From: Candidatus Helarchaeota archaeon
GTDB lineage: Archaea > Asgardarchaeota > Lokiarchaeia > Helarchaeales > RDOG01
Direction: 5' to 3'
Length of the DNA: 64,000 bases
Assembly (NCBI GenBank): GCA_019058315.1
Contig: JAHPZH010000003.1
Span: 716,451-780,450 of the forward strand
The translations under genes and the position numbers were made by a program. The notes below the pieces were generated by a model that was not told where the DNA came from, did no database searches, and saw nothing but the letters and a program-made list of their open reading frames with translations. Below are positions 1-10,400 of the stretch, one piece after another. The number at the start of each line of letters is the position of its first letter. Positions within the stretch are counted from its first letter, which is position 1.

Positions 1-1
1 A

Positions 2-439
2 CTGATTTTAACCCCAGATTGCGAACGAATTGTTGGAATTTTCGAACCAACATTCTTTGGTGACGAGGCAGGTGTAGCTCCACCTGGAAAAACTATGATT
101 GACTTATTCTGTCCAATTAAAACTCAAAATATTAAAAAAGAAGTTGACTTGGCGATCGAAGATATACAAAATTTATATCCAGGAATTTTAGACAAATCAA
201 ACTTAGATTTTCAACAGAATATGATATTTTATAAGAACACTCCTGCGGCGGAATCAGGACAGACCTTCAATCAAACGGGGGATGATCGAATTGATCCAAA
301 GACTCCAGTAAATAATTTATATTTTGTTGGCTTTGACGCGCATGGCTCAGGTGTAGCCGGAGATTTAATCCCAATAGGTGTTAGAAAGGCTTTGGATTAT
401 ATTCTAAAAACAGAAAAATGGTTGAAAGTGGCTATATAG
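2..439 (+). CDS. C-terminal part of an FAD-dependent oxidoreductase (phytoene dehydrogenase-like); runs off the window start
   Basis: Frame open from nt 2. APPGK and 'KTPVNNLYFVG..AHGSGV' are typical of this family's C-terminus. Confidence 0.7.
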   Translation: MILTPDCERIVGIFEPTFFGDEAGVAPPGKTMIDLFCPIKTQNIKKEVDLAIEDIQNLYPGILDKSNLDFQQNMIFYKNTPAAESGQTFNQTGDDRIDPKTPVNNLYFVGFDAHGSGVAGDLIPIGVRKALDYILKTEKWLKVAI

Positions 440-462
440 AAAAAGAAAAATTTATGTAAGTC

Positions 463-1263
463 TCATCTACATCTTGAACTTTGTCCTCCATCAACCGGAA
501 GAATGACTGATGTAATAAATTTTGCTTCGTCAGATGCAAGGAAAAGTGCAGCATATGCTGAGTCCCATGCGTCTCCCATTCCGCCTTTTAATGGGACTAA
601 TTTATTCCTCATTTTGATTATATCTTTTTTAGGTATCTTCGTTTCTCTCACAAATCCTTCGACAGCCATTGGTGTATTCATTAGACCGAGCATAATAGCA
701 TTCACACGTATACCTTGACCAGCATACTCCTGAGCTAATTGATGAGTTAAAGAATTAACTCCAGACTTTGAAATCTTATAAGCCACAAATGGTGCAGCAC
801 AAACAGCCGCAATAGAAGAGGTATTTATAATACATCCACTTTCTTGTTTCGCCATAATTGGTAAAACATATTTACACGAGAGAAACATTCCTTTTAAGTT
901 TACAGTAAAAATTTTATCCCAAGATTCTTCGCTCAAACTGACTAATCTCTTATCTCCTTCTCCTATACCAACATTATTTACGAGAATATCGATCCTTCCA
1001 TAAACCTCAACACATTTCTCAGCCATTCGCTTGCAATCATCTGCTTTCGTAATATCAGCTTTAAAAATAAAAGATTCTCCACCTTCTTTATCGATCATCT
1101 CTTTTGTTTCTTTGGCAAGATCGGGATTAATATCAACCAGCATTACTTTTGCACCCTCACGGGCGAAAAGTATCGATATAGCTCTTCCATTTCCAATAGT
1201 ATCTCCGGGCTGTTGCCCTGCTCCGACAACTATAGCAACTTTATCTTTTAAACGATTTACCAT
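463..1263 (-). CDS. Short-chain dehydrogenase/reductase (SDR)
   Basis: Rossmann N-terminus, NNVG, YxxSK catalytic motif, DGG C-terminus. Confidence 0.95.
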   Translation of the reverse strand: MVNRLKDKVAIVVGAGQQPGDTIGNGRAISILFAREGAKVMLVDINPDLAKETKEMIDKEGGESFIFKADITKADDCKRMAEKCVEVYGRIDILVNNVGIGEGDKRLVSLSEESWDKIFTVNLKGMFLSCKYVLPIMAKQESGCIINTSSIAAVCAAPFVAYKISKSGVNSLTHQLAQEYAGQGIRVNAIMLGLMNTPMAVEGFVRETKIPKKDIIKMRNKLVPLKGGMGDAWDSAYAALFLASDEAKFITSVILPVDGGQSSRCR

Positions 1264-1329
1264 TTTAGTCCTCCTTTATTTTTTTTATAATAATTATTGT
1301 ATATTGTTAAAAAAAAAGATTAATAGATT

Positions 1330-2838
1330 TTACTCGCTTTTTTTGTAGATAATTATAAGAACGATTGCAGCTATTATTGCTATTATTATTATAATAGGGA
1401 TTGCCCAAATCAATGTATCAGGTCCGGAAATCATTAATAACACTAATGGTAATAGATCAGTTGATTTACTAGGTCCTGAAAAAGATGCATACATTATTTC
1501 TTGATCATTTCCCCATTCACCGTCTGTTCCATCTTCCCACACAACATGTATTTTTCCATTAGGTTCAATAGCAATTTTAGAATCATAACTGTCACCGTCA
1601 TTCCAACCATAAAAGTCAGATATACAAGTTACATTAGTCCATTTCGTTCCAGTATATTTTACGTACATTATTTCTTCATCAGAACCCCATTCACCGTCAG
1701 TAGCTTCATTCCACGTTACATGTAAGATTCCTTGGTTATCTATTGCTATATCAGGAAAATCACTACTCATATCATTCCACCCAGTACTATCATCTGAGAT
1801 AACCGTTGCATTGGACCAGCCCGTAGCAGTATAGCTTGCATACATTATTTCTGTATCTGTTCCCCATTCAGTATCAGTATAATCATACCAAACAACATGA
1901 ACATTTCCATTATTATCAGTGGCAACTTTAGGTCTGTAGCTAGAACCATCATTCCATCCGTATAAATCGGAAATACAAGTTGCATTGGACCAACCTGAGG
2001 CGGTTCGATTTGCATACATTATTTCTGCGTCTGATCCCCATTCACCATTTGTAAGATCATGCCAAACTACATGTAAATATTCATTATTATCAATAGCAAT
2101 GATTGGGAAACGACTAGCACCATCATTCCACAAAGTATAATCATCTGAAATACAAGTTGCATTGGACCAACCAGTGGTAGTACAATTTGCATAAAATATT
2201 TCTTCATCTGTTTCCCATTCACCATCTGTATAATCATACCAGACTACATGTATTACACCATTATTATCTATAGCAATGTCGGGATTATAACTATCATCGT
2301 TATTCCATCCAGTATTATCATCTGAAATTACAGTTGCATTGGACCAACCTGTAGCAGTTCGATTTGCATACATAATTTCTTGGTCTGTTCCCCATTCACC
2401 AGGTGTATCATCATTCCAGACTACATGCAGATTTCCATTATTATCTAAATCAATTCTAGGGTTCTCACTAGAACCATTATTCCATCCATAAATATCCGAA
2501 ATACAAGTTGCATTAGACCAACCAGTGTTAGTATAATTTGCATAAAATATTTCTTCATCTGTTCCCCATTCACCAACTGTCCAATCATACCATACTACAT
2601 GTATATATCCATTTTTATCAACGACAATATCTGAATAATAGCTATTATCGTTGTTCCATCCAGTACTATCATCAGAAATCACAGTTGCATTGGACCAATT
2701 AGAAGTATTTAATGGAAAATTTTTATTATCGAGTGGAATAGACATCAAATTATTAAAAGAATTATTTGTTAGTACACTGAATATTGATAAAACTAGTATT
2801 TGAGATGTCAAAATATATATTAATATTTTTTTATTAAT
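1330..2838 (-). CDS. Membrane-anchored surface protein with 7 ~60-aa repeats (probable 7-bladed beta-propeller)
   Basis: Seven WSNATxISD...HVVW...GEWG..EIMY repeats and a C-terminal TM helix. Start extended from TTG 2811 to an in-frame ATT (2838) 9 nt after GGAG. Confidence 0.8.
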   Translation of the reverse strand: MNKKILIYILTSQILVLSIFSVLTNNSFNNLMSIPLDNKNFPLNTSNWSNATVISDDSTGWNNDNSYYSDIVVDKNGYIHVVWYDWTVGEWGTDEEIFYANYTNTGWSNATCISDIYGWNNGSSENPRIDLDNNGNLHVVWNDDTPGEWGTDQEIMYANRTATGWSNATVISDDNTGWNNDDSYNPDIAIDNNGVIHVVWYDYTDGEWETDEEIFYANCTTTGWSNATCISDDYTLWNDGASRFPIIAIDNNEYLHVVWHDLTNGEWGSDAEIMYANRTASGWSNATCISDLYGWNDGSSYRPKVATDNNGNVHVVWYDYTDTEWGTDTEIMYASYTATGWSNATVISDDSTGWNDMSSDFPDIAIDNQGILHVTWNEATDGEWGSDEEIMYVKYTGTKWTNVTCISDFYGWNDGDSYDSKIAIEPNGKIHVVWEDGTDGEWGNDQEIMYASFSGPSKSTDLLPLVLLMISGPDTLIWAIPIIIIIAIIAAIVLIIIYKKSE

Positions 2839-2980
2839 TTTAAAAAACTCCTTTTATTTTAGATTTAAAATTTAAAATATATCATTTTAAATTAATTATG
2901 TTATACCTATTTTTAAAAGAATATTTATATTTCCAATTAAAGTTGTGATTCACCGTCAATAAATTAATGGAAATATAACT

Positions 2981-4210
2981 TTGGATAGAAATATAAAAAC
3001 TTTTTACATTAGGCAATTTTTTCATAACTTATGGTTCATCGTTCCTGTTCTTGTAAGTTTTTACAATGAACTGGGATTAACCTTTGGTCAAGTATTATTA
3101 TTACAATCTGTTTCAGCAATATCAGCCATTGTATTTAGTGTTCCATCTGGTTTATTAGCTGACAGAATCGGTCGCAAAAAAGTTCTTTTATTAGGTATAT
3201 TTTTACTTAACATCTTCATGTTTTTTTATTTATTTGTGGTCAATTTCTTTGAATTTGTAATTCTCGATATTATTTATGGAGCGTCTCTCGCTTTAATCTC
3301 TGCAGAGTTTCCTTTAGTTTCTGATACGTTAGTAGAAATTGACAAAGAAGAAATAACTACAAAAGTTTTTTCAAACGGAAACACAATCTTAATCCTTTCA
3401 TTTATGGCAAGCAATATAGCTCTAATATTTTTAATTGATTATGGATATCGATTTACAATTCTATGTTCCCTCATAGCATTTATCATAAGTTTTTTTATAG
3501 CTTTATTAGGTTTCAGAGAACCTAGAATTAAACATAGAGAAAAGGAACAAACTAAAAATTTCAGATTTCATTTAGGAAAAATGAATGAATACTGTAGGAA
3601 AGATCATTTCTTATTGTATTTAATAATTATTGGTTCAGTGTATCTTTCTATTTCATATTTAGCTTTTTGGGTCGTGCAACCATATTATACAGAATGCAAC
3701 TTGCCAATAGAATCGTTTGGGTTATTATTTGCAATAACTAATATGACTGAATTAATAGCTACTTACTTATCCTATAGAATCGAAAAGAAATTAGGAAAAA
3801 AAGCCACACTTTTAATTATTAATCTATTATTTCTTCTCGCTTTTTTAGGCATGAGCTTCATTTTCAATATTTTTGGATTAATTTTTGTTATTTTAAGACA
3901 AATTGGAAATGCTTTTGCGGTTCCAATATTTAATGCATATATAAGTGAAGAGATTACATATATGGAAAAATTAGAAAATGAAGATATTCCCTCCAGTAAA
4001 GCTACTATATATAGTGTTTATGCAATGTTAAACAATTTGATATTCTCAGTAGTATCTCCAATAACTGGATTTTTAGCAGATACAATATCCTTATCTTTTA
4101 CTCTAGTAATATTATTCCTTACGCTTTTTATATCACTAATTATTAATTTAATTCTATTAAGTAGACTGAGAATTATAAATAATAATGAATTAACCAAAAA
4201 ACTTTCATAA
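2981..4210 (+). CDS. MFS transporter
   Basis: Motif A 'GLLADRIGRKK' and ~12 hydrophobic segments. Confidence 0.9.
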   Translation: MDRNIKTFYIRQFFHNLWFIVPVLVSFYNELGLTFGQVLLLQSVSAISAIVFSVPSGLLADRIGRKKVLLLGIFLLNIFMFFYLFVVNFFEFVILDIIYGASLALISAEFPLVSDTLVEIDKEEITTKVFSNGNTILILSFMASNIALIFLIDYGYRFTILCSLIAFIISFFIALLGFREPRIKHREKEQTKNFRFHLGKMNEYCRKDHFLLYLIIIGSVYLSISYLAFWVVQPYYTECNLPIESFGLLFAITNMTELIATYLSYRIEKKLGKKATLLIINLLFLLAFLGMSFIFNIFGLIFVILRQIGNAFAVPIFNAYISEEITYMEKLENEDIPSSKATIYSVYAMLNNLIFSVVSPITGFLADTISLSFTLVILFLTLFISLIINLILLSRLRIINNNELTKKLS

Positions 4211-4242
4211 AAATATAAAATAGAAAAAATAGAAAATTAATC

Positions 4243-4575
4243 TTATACTGGGGGTTCTTTTCGGAATAATAACTTATACCAGAACCGTCTACCGTCTTTG
4301 GCGGTGACTGCTACAACAGTAGCTACTCCAAAAATTGCTGTAATGATAACTCCAATTAACAGAATTCTAAGGCCGTCAGATGGTAAATTCGTAAAGAATC
4401 CCAGAACACCTCCGGATCCCCAAACTAAATTAATTAGATCATCAAATGGATCGGCTGTAGCTGAATCCACAACAGCCCAAAGGGCACCAATAATTACAAG
4501 AACGATAAGAAATGGAACTAAAAAAACACAAGCTTCTTCAAAAACTCTTTGAATTTTCTCCACAGTATCCGTCAA
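4243..4575 (-). CDS. Small membrane protein of unknown function
   Basis: Two TM segments; GGTGA RBS upstream of TTG. Confidence 0.65.
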   Translation of the reverse strand: MTDTVEKIQRVFEEACVFLVPFLIVLVIIGALWAVVDSATADPFDDLINLVWGSGGVLGFFTNLPSDGLRILLIGVIITAIFGVATVVAVTAKDGRRFWYKLLFRKEPPV

Positions 4576-4716
4576 AGCCTTTCACCAAAAATAAAAATAT
4601 TCGCTATAACAATTATCTATATTTATTATAATATAAAGTTTTATACTTTCCGTATTGATAATTTTTGTCGGAAATCAACGATTAGTAATATAAGAAACGA
4701 TAGGGGTAATAATTCT

Positions 4717-5322
4717 TTATATTTTTATTTCAAATTTATTAAGTTCCGATTTTAAATTTAAGTTCGAATTAAATAAAATCGTATTAATACCTAATTTTTC
4801 AGCTCCTAAGCAAAAACTTTTAACATCATCGATAAATAGACATTCCTCTGGTGTCAGTTTATATCTTTGAATTAAAATTTCATAAATTTCTTTTTCAGGT
4901 TTAATTACATTTTCTTTATATGATATCACCATACCATCAAAGACTTTAAAGAAATCAAATAACGAGTAAACATATTCAAATGCTTCTTTGACAAAATTTG
5001 AGAGTGCATAGGTATTATATCCGTTTAATTTTAATTCTTTTAATATTTCAATAGTATTTTGAATAGGTGCAAATAATTCTTTCCAATTATCGAAAAAATG
5101 ATTCAGTAATTCTTCTTCTTCGGGATGTTCTTTTAAAAAAATTTCTCTAGCTTTTGGAATAGATATCGTTCCTCGATCTAATTTTAACCAAGTTTTGCTA
5201 CTTGTCACCTTTGAAATAAATCCAATAATTCGTTCTTCATCTTGAGTAATTTGTGAGAGGAGCTCTTTCGGTCTAAAAGTCAGTAATACATTTCCTATAT
5301 CAAAAACTATATTTTTAATCAA
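4717..5322 (-). CDS. HAD-family phosphatase
   Basis: FDIGNV, LSN, KP and FIDD motifs. Confidence 0.9.
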   Translation of the reverse strand: MIKNIVFDIGNVLLTFRPKELLSQITQDEERIIGFISKVTSSKTWLKLDRGTISIPKAREIFLKEHPEEEELLNHFFDNWKELFAPIQNTIEILKELKLNGYNTYALSNFVKEAFEYVYSLFDFFKVFDGMVISYKENVIKPEKEIYEILIQRYKLTPEECLFIDDVKSFCLGAEKLGINTILFNSNLNLKSELNKFEIKI

Positions 5323-5435
5323 ATTTCTCTTCCTTTTATTTCGCTAATAAAATTCTTTTTATCAAATTTTAAACAATTATTCTTAAATTAAAGAATTGTT
5401 CCTTAAAAAACAGATTACTTTTCAAGGTTTCAAAT

Positions 5436-5705
5436 ATGTCAGACATCGACCATTTCAAACTCCTTTTTAAACCAAAGAATGTTGCTGTAGTAGGTGCCAC
5501 AGCAAATGAAACAAAAGTTGGGGCAATGGTAGTAAGTAATATCAAAGCATGTGGGTATAAAAATGAAATTTTTTGTGTAAATCCAAGTGAGAAATATAAA
5601 AGTAAAAAAATTTTTGGTTTGAAAGTATATCCGAATTTAAAGAGTATTCCAGAACAGGTTGATCTTGCAACTATTGTTGTTCCTCCAGACCTTGTTGTTC
5701 ATAGT
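5436..5705 (+). pseudogene. 5' fragment of an NDP-forming acyl-CoA synthetase alpha subunit, cut by the element
   Basis: 'PKNVAVVGAT...VNP...YPNLKSIPEQVDLATIVVP' CoA-binding domain; homology ends where the IS605-type end begins (~5706). Confidence 0.9.
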
Positions 5706-5900
5706 ATGAACTACCATTCAGCAAGCTGAATGGTATTCGTCCCGAATTTGTCATCATACTCCTTGCGGAGTCGGAGGGACTGGCTGGTCCACGCAGCCCT
5801 TTGCCGAACATCTCAGAGACCTCTTGATGTAAGGCACTGTGTCAAAGTTCGTGAATTGTCGGGAGACTTTGCCCCGCTTTTATCCGTATTAAAGGCACCA
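5690..5900 (-). ncRNA. Predicted TnpB omega-RNA (reRNA); 5' boundary approximate
   Basis: GC-richer segment overlapping the tnpB 3' end and ending in the right-end hairpin. By the TnpB rule the guide is the flank, ACTATGAACAACAAGG. Confidence 0.6.
5706..5738 (-). repeat. IS200/IS605-type right-end hairpin
   Basis: TACCATTCAGC-AA-GCTGAATGGTA (5712-5735). The minus strand reads GAAT-hairpin-AGTTCAT, matching the guide/cleavage-site layout of IS608/ISDra2 right ends. Confidence 0.85.
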
Positions 5901-7216
5901 TTAAGCATGGCGGAGGCTGATAAATCCACATTATCCGCTGCCAACAATCTCACCTTCCGAACCATCGGAAAGTTCTTAACTGAAGGCACTTTTTTAAACT
6001 TTGACAGCAAATTTATATATCCTATTATTGTTTTTAACCCATTATTTATCTTATAAGCACCACTATACAAATCGATGAGCCCCTTTAGTGCAATGTTCAA
6101 TGAAGCATTTCTATCCCTATGATCGACATGACCACAATTGCTGCATTTAAACAATCTCTTATGTTTATGGGATTCTTTTTTAGTTTGGCAGAGCACACAG
6201 TTCTGGGAAGTATAGTGGGGACTCACGGCATAATTTGGATACCCGCGTATGAATGCTTTATACGTAATAAAATCTTGCAATTTTTTAAAACCCCAATGAT
6301 GGTACTTCAAATTATTCTTTTTACCCCAGTTTATATTATCCATAATATTTGTAAGATCTTCGAAAATAACCACAGGGTTTTGAAACTTCGAAATCCACTT
6401 AACTGCTACTTTGCTTGCGAGATGAAGGACATGATTTGTGATTTTTTGCTGCTTTCGCCCTATTTTTTTTATCATTGATTTATTGTTAACTTTTTGTAAT
6501 CTTTTTCGTATCTTAAAAAATTTATACCGTTGATAGACAAGGGGTGAAAAATCGATTATAAGTGATCCTAACACAACACCTCTGACATTCACGGCACTTA
6601 AAGCTACATTAGTCGTATTATTATCAATACCGATAAAAGTGTGATCCGTAGAACCATCAAATATCGGTTTTTTTCCTAAGTCCATATTAACAATCAAATA
6701 ATATTTTTTACCAATTTTCTTCAAATTTGCAGCCCCAAATTTTAGGGCTTCTGCAAGTCCCAGCTCGACTAATTTCATATGTCGCTCTGAACCTATAAAT
6801 TCCAAGATCAACCTTTCGTCCTTTCTCACACTAATTCTAACGCGATTTTTCGCTAAAATCTTATATCCTTCTTTATAATTGAGACGGGAAGTCATTAACC
6901 CATTCACAAGACTCGGTGGGCTTGCTCGTGGGTCCGTTTTTCGCTTTGCTAAATACGATTTTATCGATTCGCTAGTCACATCCCGGCAACATTGCCTAGT
7001 ATTTGCCAATATATTCGTTTTTACTTGACATTTCTCAAGAAAAGTTTTAGAATATCGACCGAGCTTGTTCCAATGCTCCAGATATTGGTTGTAGACCGCT
7101 CCAAACTCTCTCATAAGATCGTCCAATTGGTTTTTCACCTTTTTCGAGGTAACCAAAAGCTTGAATTTCAGCGCAATTATTAGGTTATCTTTTTTATTTT
7201 TACTATTCCATGGCAT
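5813..7216 (-). CDS. tnpB: TnpB RNA-guided endonuclease
   Basis: RuvC-I FIGID, RuvC-II IFEDL, YTSQxCxxC...CxxC Zn finger, RuvC-III HRDRNASLNI. Confidence 0.92.
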   Translation of the reverse strand: MPWNSKNKKDNLIIALKFKLLVTSKKVKNQLDDLMREFGAVYNQYLEHWNKLGRYSKTFLEKCQVKTNILANTRQCCRDVTSESIKSYLAKRKTDPRASPPSLVNGLMTSRLNYKEGYKILAKNRVRISVRKDERLILEFIGSERHMKLVELGLAEALKFGAANLKKIGKKYYLIVNMDLGKKPIFDGSTDHTFIGIDNNTTNVALSAVNVRGVVLGSLIIDFSPLVYQRYKFFKIRKRLQKVNNKSMIKKIGRKQQKITNHVLHLASKVAVKWISKFQNPVVIFEDLTNIMDNINWGKKNNLKYHHWGFKKLQDFITYKAFIRGYPNYAVSPHYTSQNCVLCQTKKESHKHKRLFKCSNCGHVDHRDRNASLNIALKGLIDLYSGAYKINNGLKTIIGYINLLSKFKKVPSVKNFPMVRKVRLLAADNVDLSASAMLNGAFNTDKSGAKSPDNSRTLTQCLTSRGL

Positions 7217-7497
7217 AACTTATTTATTATTCATTCATATATAAACCCCACTAATAATTTGGTTCAAAACAGACTTTTTCAAAACTTTATGACTATGAAC
7301 TTTAACATTCGCCGCTTTCCCCCGTTTCTCGACCTCATATCTGCTCTTAAATAAGCCTAGAGCCGGATTTGAGTCTAAAATCTTAAATTTATCATAAAGA
7401 AAAATGCATCAATTTTGCACTTTTTCGAAAGTGGTCTAAGAAAAAATTTAAATATTAGTCATCAAGCCCGACTACTACAAAATTTTTTCAAAAATTA

Positions 7498-10400
7498 ATG
7501 AAAATTTTGGAGTTGAAAAAGATGCCCGCAATGTCGTCATACTTTAATAAATTGAAATTACATCTAGAAAGGAATGATATTGAAGAAGATAAATTATATG
7601 AACATCAGAAAAGAGCTCACAAATTACTATTTGAGGGGTTTAATTTCTCAGCATTTGTTCCAACAGGTTTCGGAAAAACGGAAGACGCCCTTGCAGCTAT
7701 TGGACATGCCTTATATTGTAATTTGGTAGCGGTTTATCTTGTTCCCCGGGTGATGCTGCTCCACCAAAAAGCCAGACTATTGAAAACCTTCTTTAAGGGG
7801 GTAGCAAGGGTTATTGTCATCCAGGGGGATTTAAAACCTCATCCCAGGGAGTTGAAGGATCCATGGGGAAAGCTCATAATCGTAGCTACATTTGAAAGCT
7901 TCAGAGCTTTCCTATTTTCAGTCCAGAAAAGGCGATATTTTGATAGAAAAACGAATATCTTCGGTTCGGTAGTTATTGACGAAGTGCACATGCTCGGGGA
8001 TAGGACCCATGGACCTTCTCTTGAGACGATGCTGTATAAGTTGCACAAGGAACATGATTCTCAGTTTTGTTTTTTGAGTGGGAGTTTTGAAAAGAGCTCT
8101 GCTGATTGGTGGTGTAAAAGGTTCAACTGTAAATTAGAATACATGTCTCACGAAAGGGATTTTTATTGCTGGAATATTTACGCCGAGCAGTCTACTTTTA
8201 AATGGAAAGATGACAAGATCAAAGAATTATGCAATGAATTTTTAGAATTTCATATATCCCACGATATTCAGGATTTAGCAGAAATACGCCCCGGAAAGAT
8301 GGTGATTTTTATCAGTACTCGCAAAAGAACGGAAATTTATTGTAATAACGTTAAAAACTCCTTAGAATCGAGCAGACCGAACTATAAGGAACATTTTAAA
8401 TGCAGTTTTATTCATGCGGGCATGACATTGGAAGAAAGAAAACAAATTTTTGATGATTTTAACAGCGATAAAGGTGTTAGATTTCTTTTTTGTACAACAG
8501 TGATTGAAGTAGGTATCGATATAAAAAACATTGAAGTGGTCTTGATCGAAGATGCCCATAAATATTCAGCCATTAAAAGAACTCAAATGATTGGGAGGAT
8601 GAGGTTAAATCATGGAGTTGTCATAAATATGATTCCTCTATTTGCTAAACGCCGTTTTAAAAGATCTATCATATATGAGAAAACATATGCAGCGAAAAAG
8701 ATCTTACCTAGTGTAAATTTTGCACTGTTTAGCTGGTATTATTGGTTTTCTGGGAGAAAAAGAATATTTTGGAGTATAGAGTATCCTTCGGAAGAAAGTG
8801 AGAAAGATAGAACGATATTTCATTATTCTGATACAGAACCCATTAGAGGATATAAATTAGAAAAGATTACTAGCCGAATCGATCTTAGACATCTGCCTGA
8901 CCTAATCCTTGAATCGTTATTTCGAACCCAAAAGAGTTTATCACAAATAGAAGATCATTTAAAGAGCATAATGGGGGAGTATGTATTAGTAGATAGAAAT
9001 AAGAAAACGATCAAAAGGAAAATTCATGAATTCGTAGGTATGAAATATATAAGGTCTACTGGAAGCAAATTTAGTCTTACATATATTGGGGAGGCTATAG
9101 TGGAGGGACACTTACCATATTTTTTTGCTGATAGGATTCTAAGAACATTTGAGGTTTTTCCCGAGCTCCCTACTCGAGAAATAAAACTGTTAATTGGGGA
9201 ACTGGTCGCGATGAAAGAAGCTAGTTCCAAGAAGATGTGGGATGTAGAAATGTTCATTAAAAATTACAGTAAAGATCCGATTATATTTACCGAAAATCTT
9301 GAAAAATATAAAATTTTAAAAGGGGATGCGGAGGTTTATCGCCGTTGTGCTGCTTGGATAGCTAGCGCTATTTACCTACTCTATCGGGGATATCAATTTC
9401 ATAATTTTGTTGAAGAAATTCGAACTAACATCGAATGTATAAATTCTGTGTTGTTTTGGGCTAAATTTCATAGAAGAAACCTGGATTACCACCATGTGGC
9501 ACTAAAAGAGCCAAGGAAATTGTCTAAAAGAATTTGTAATAGAATAAATCGAATTATTAAAACGTTTCAAAAATCTGGGGTGAGGGTGAATCTGCAAAAA
9601 CCACCCATGTGGCCCTATCAGAAATATCATGATTCTAAAGGAGCTGCCGTTTTAAACAACAAGATTATTGAAGTATTAGGAGAATCTGATGATGAGGGAC
9701 TTACTATATTTGAAATGGCTCAAAAAATTAACTCTGACCCCGACTTCAAAAACACCCTTATTACAGAGTCCAGAATTGCAGGACGGTTGAAAAACAGCCT
9801 AGCATCACGGGTTGAGCGCATCAAGGTTTATACCAATACGGGGGCACCCCATTTTAGATATTACTTAAAGGGAAACCTGCCCGAGCAAAGCGAGTTCACA
9901 TGCGCAAATTGTAATAATTTTGAAAAAGACCCGGCTAAGCGAATTTCGACAGCGGGTACAGTTTATACCTGCCAAAAATTAGAGATGGCAGTAAACGCAA
10001 ATAACCCTTCGTGTGCTCATTTTGAGCCCTATGAAAATGAATCTAGGACGTTTGCTACTTTTCCATTCAAATGGAACATTGAAGTATGCCCCAAATGTAA
10101 TGCTAGAAAAACTATTAGAGTGCCTCAACATGGAGAAGCTACCATTTGTAAGCGCTGTAACGTCCTTGTTGAGCGAACGGACAACGGTACTTTTAGAGCG
10201 ACTACAAGGCATAAAGTCTCAGAAAATATTGTCCAAACTGACGATAAGGGGATGAAATATATTGAGACCGACCCGAATAAGAGGGTAGTTTATGTTCCAA
10301 CAGACCATACATTAACAACAGAATACATTCCCGAAGGAAATTATTATATAGTCAAAGTACGCGGACTTGGAATACGTTCTTTTTTAAAACAGGTCGCTGA

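Noticed and set aside
1500-2700. ~180-bp DNA repeats (also ~57520-58750) as a non-coding array
   Set aside because: They are in-frame protein repeats of the propeller genes.
5813-7216. Calling the RuvC protein Cas12f
   Set aside because: It sits on an IS605-type right end with no array; TnpB is the simpler call.
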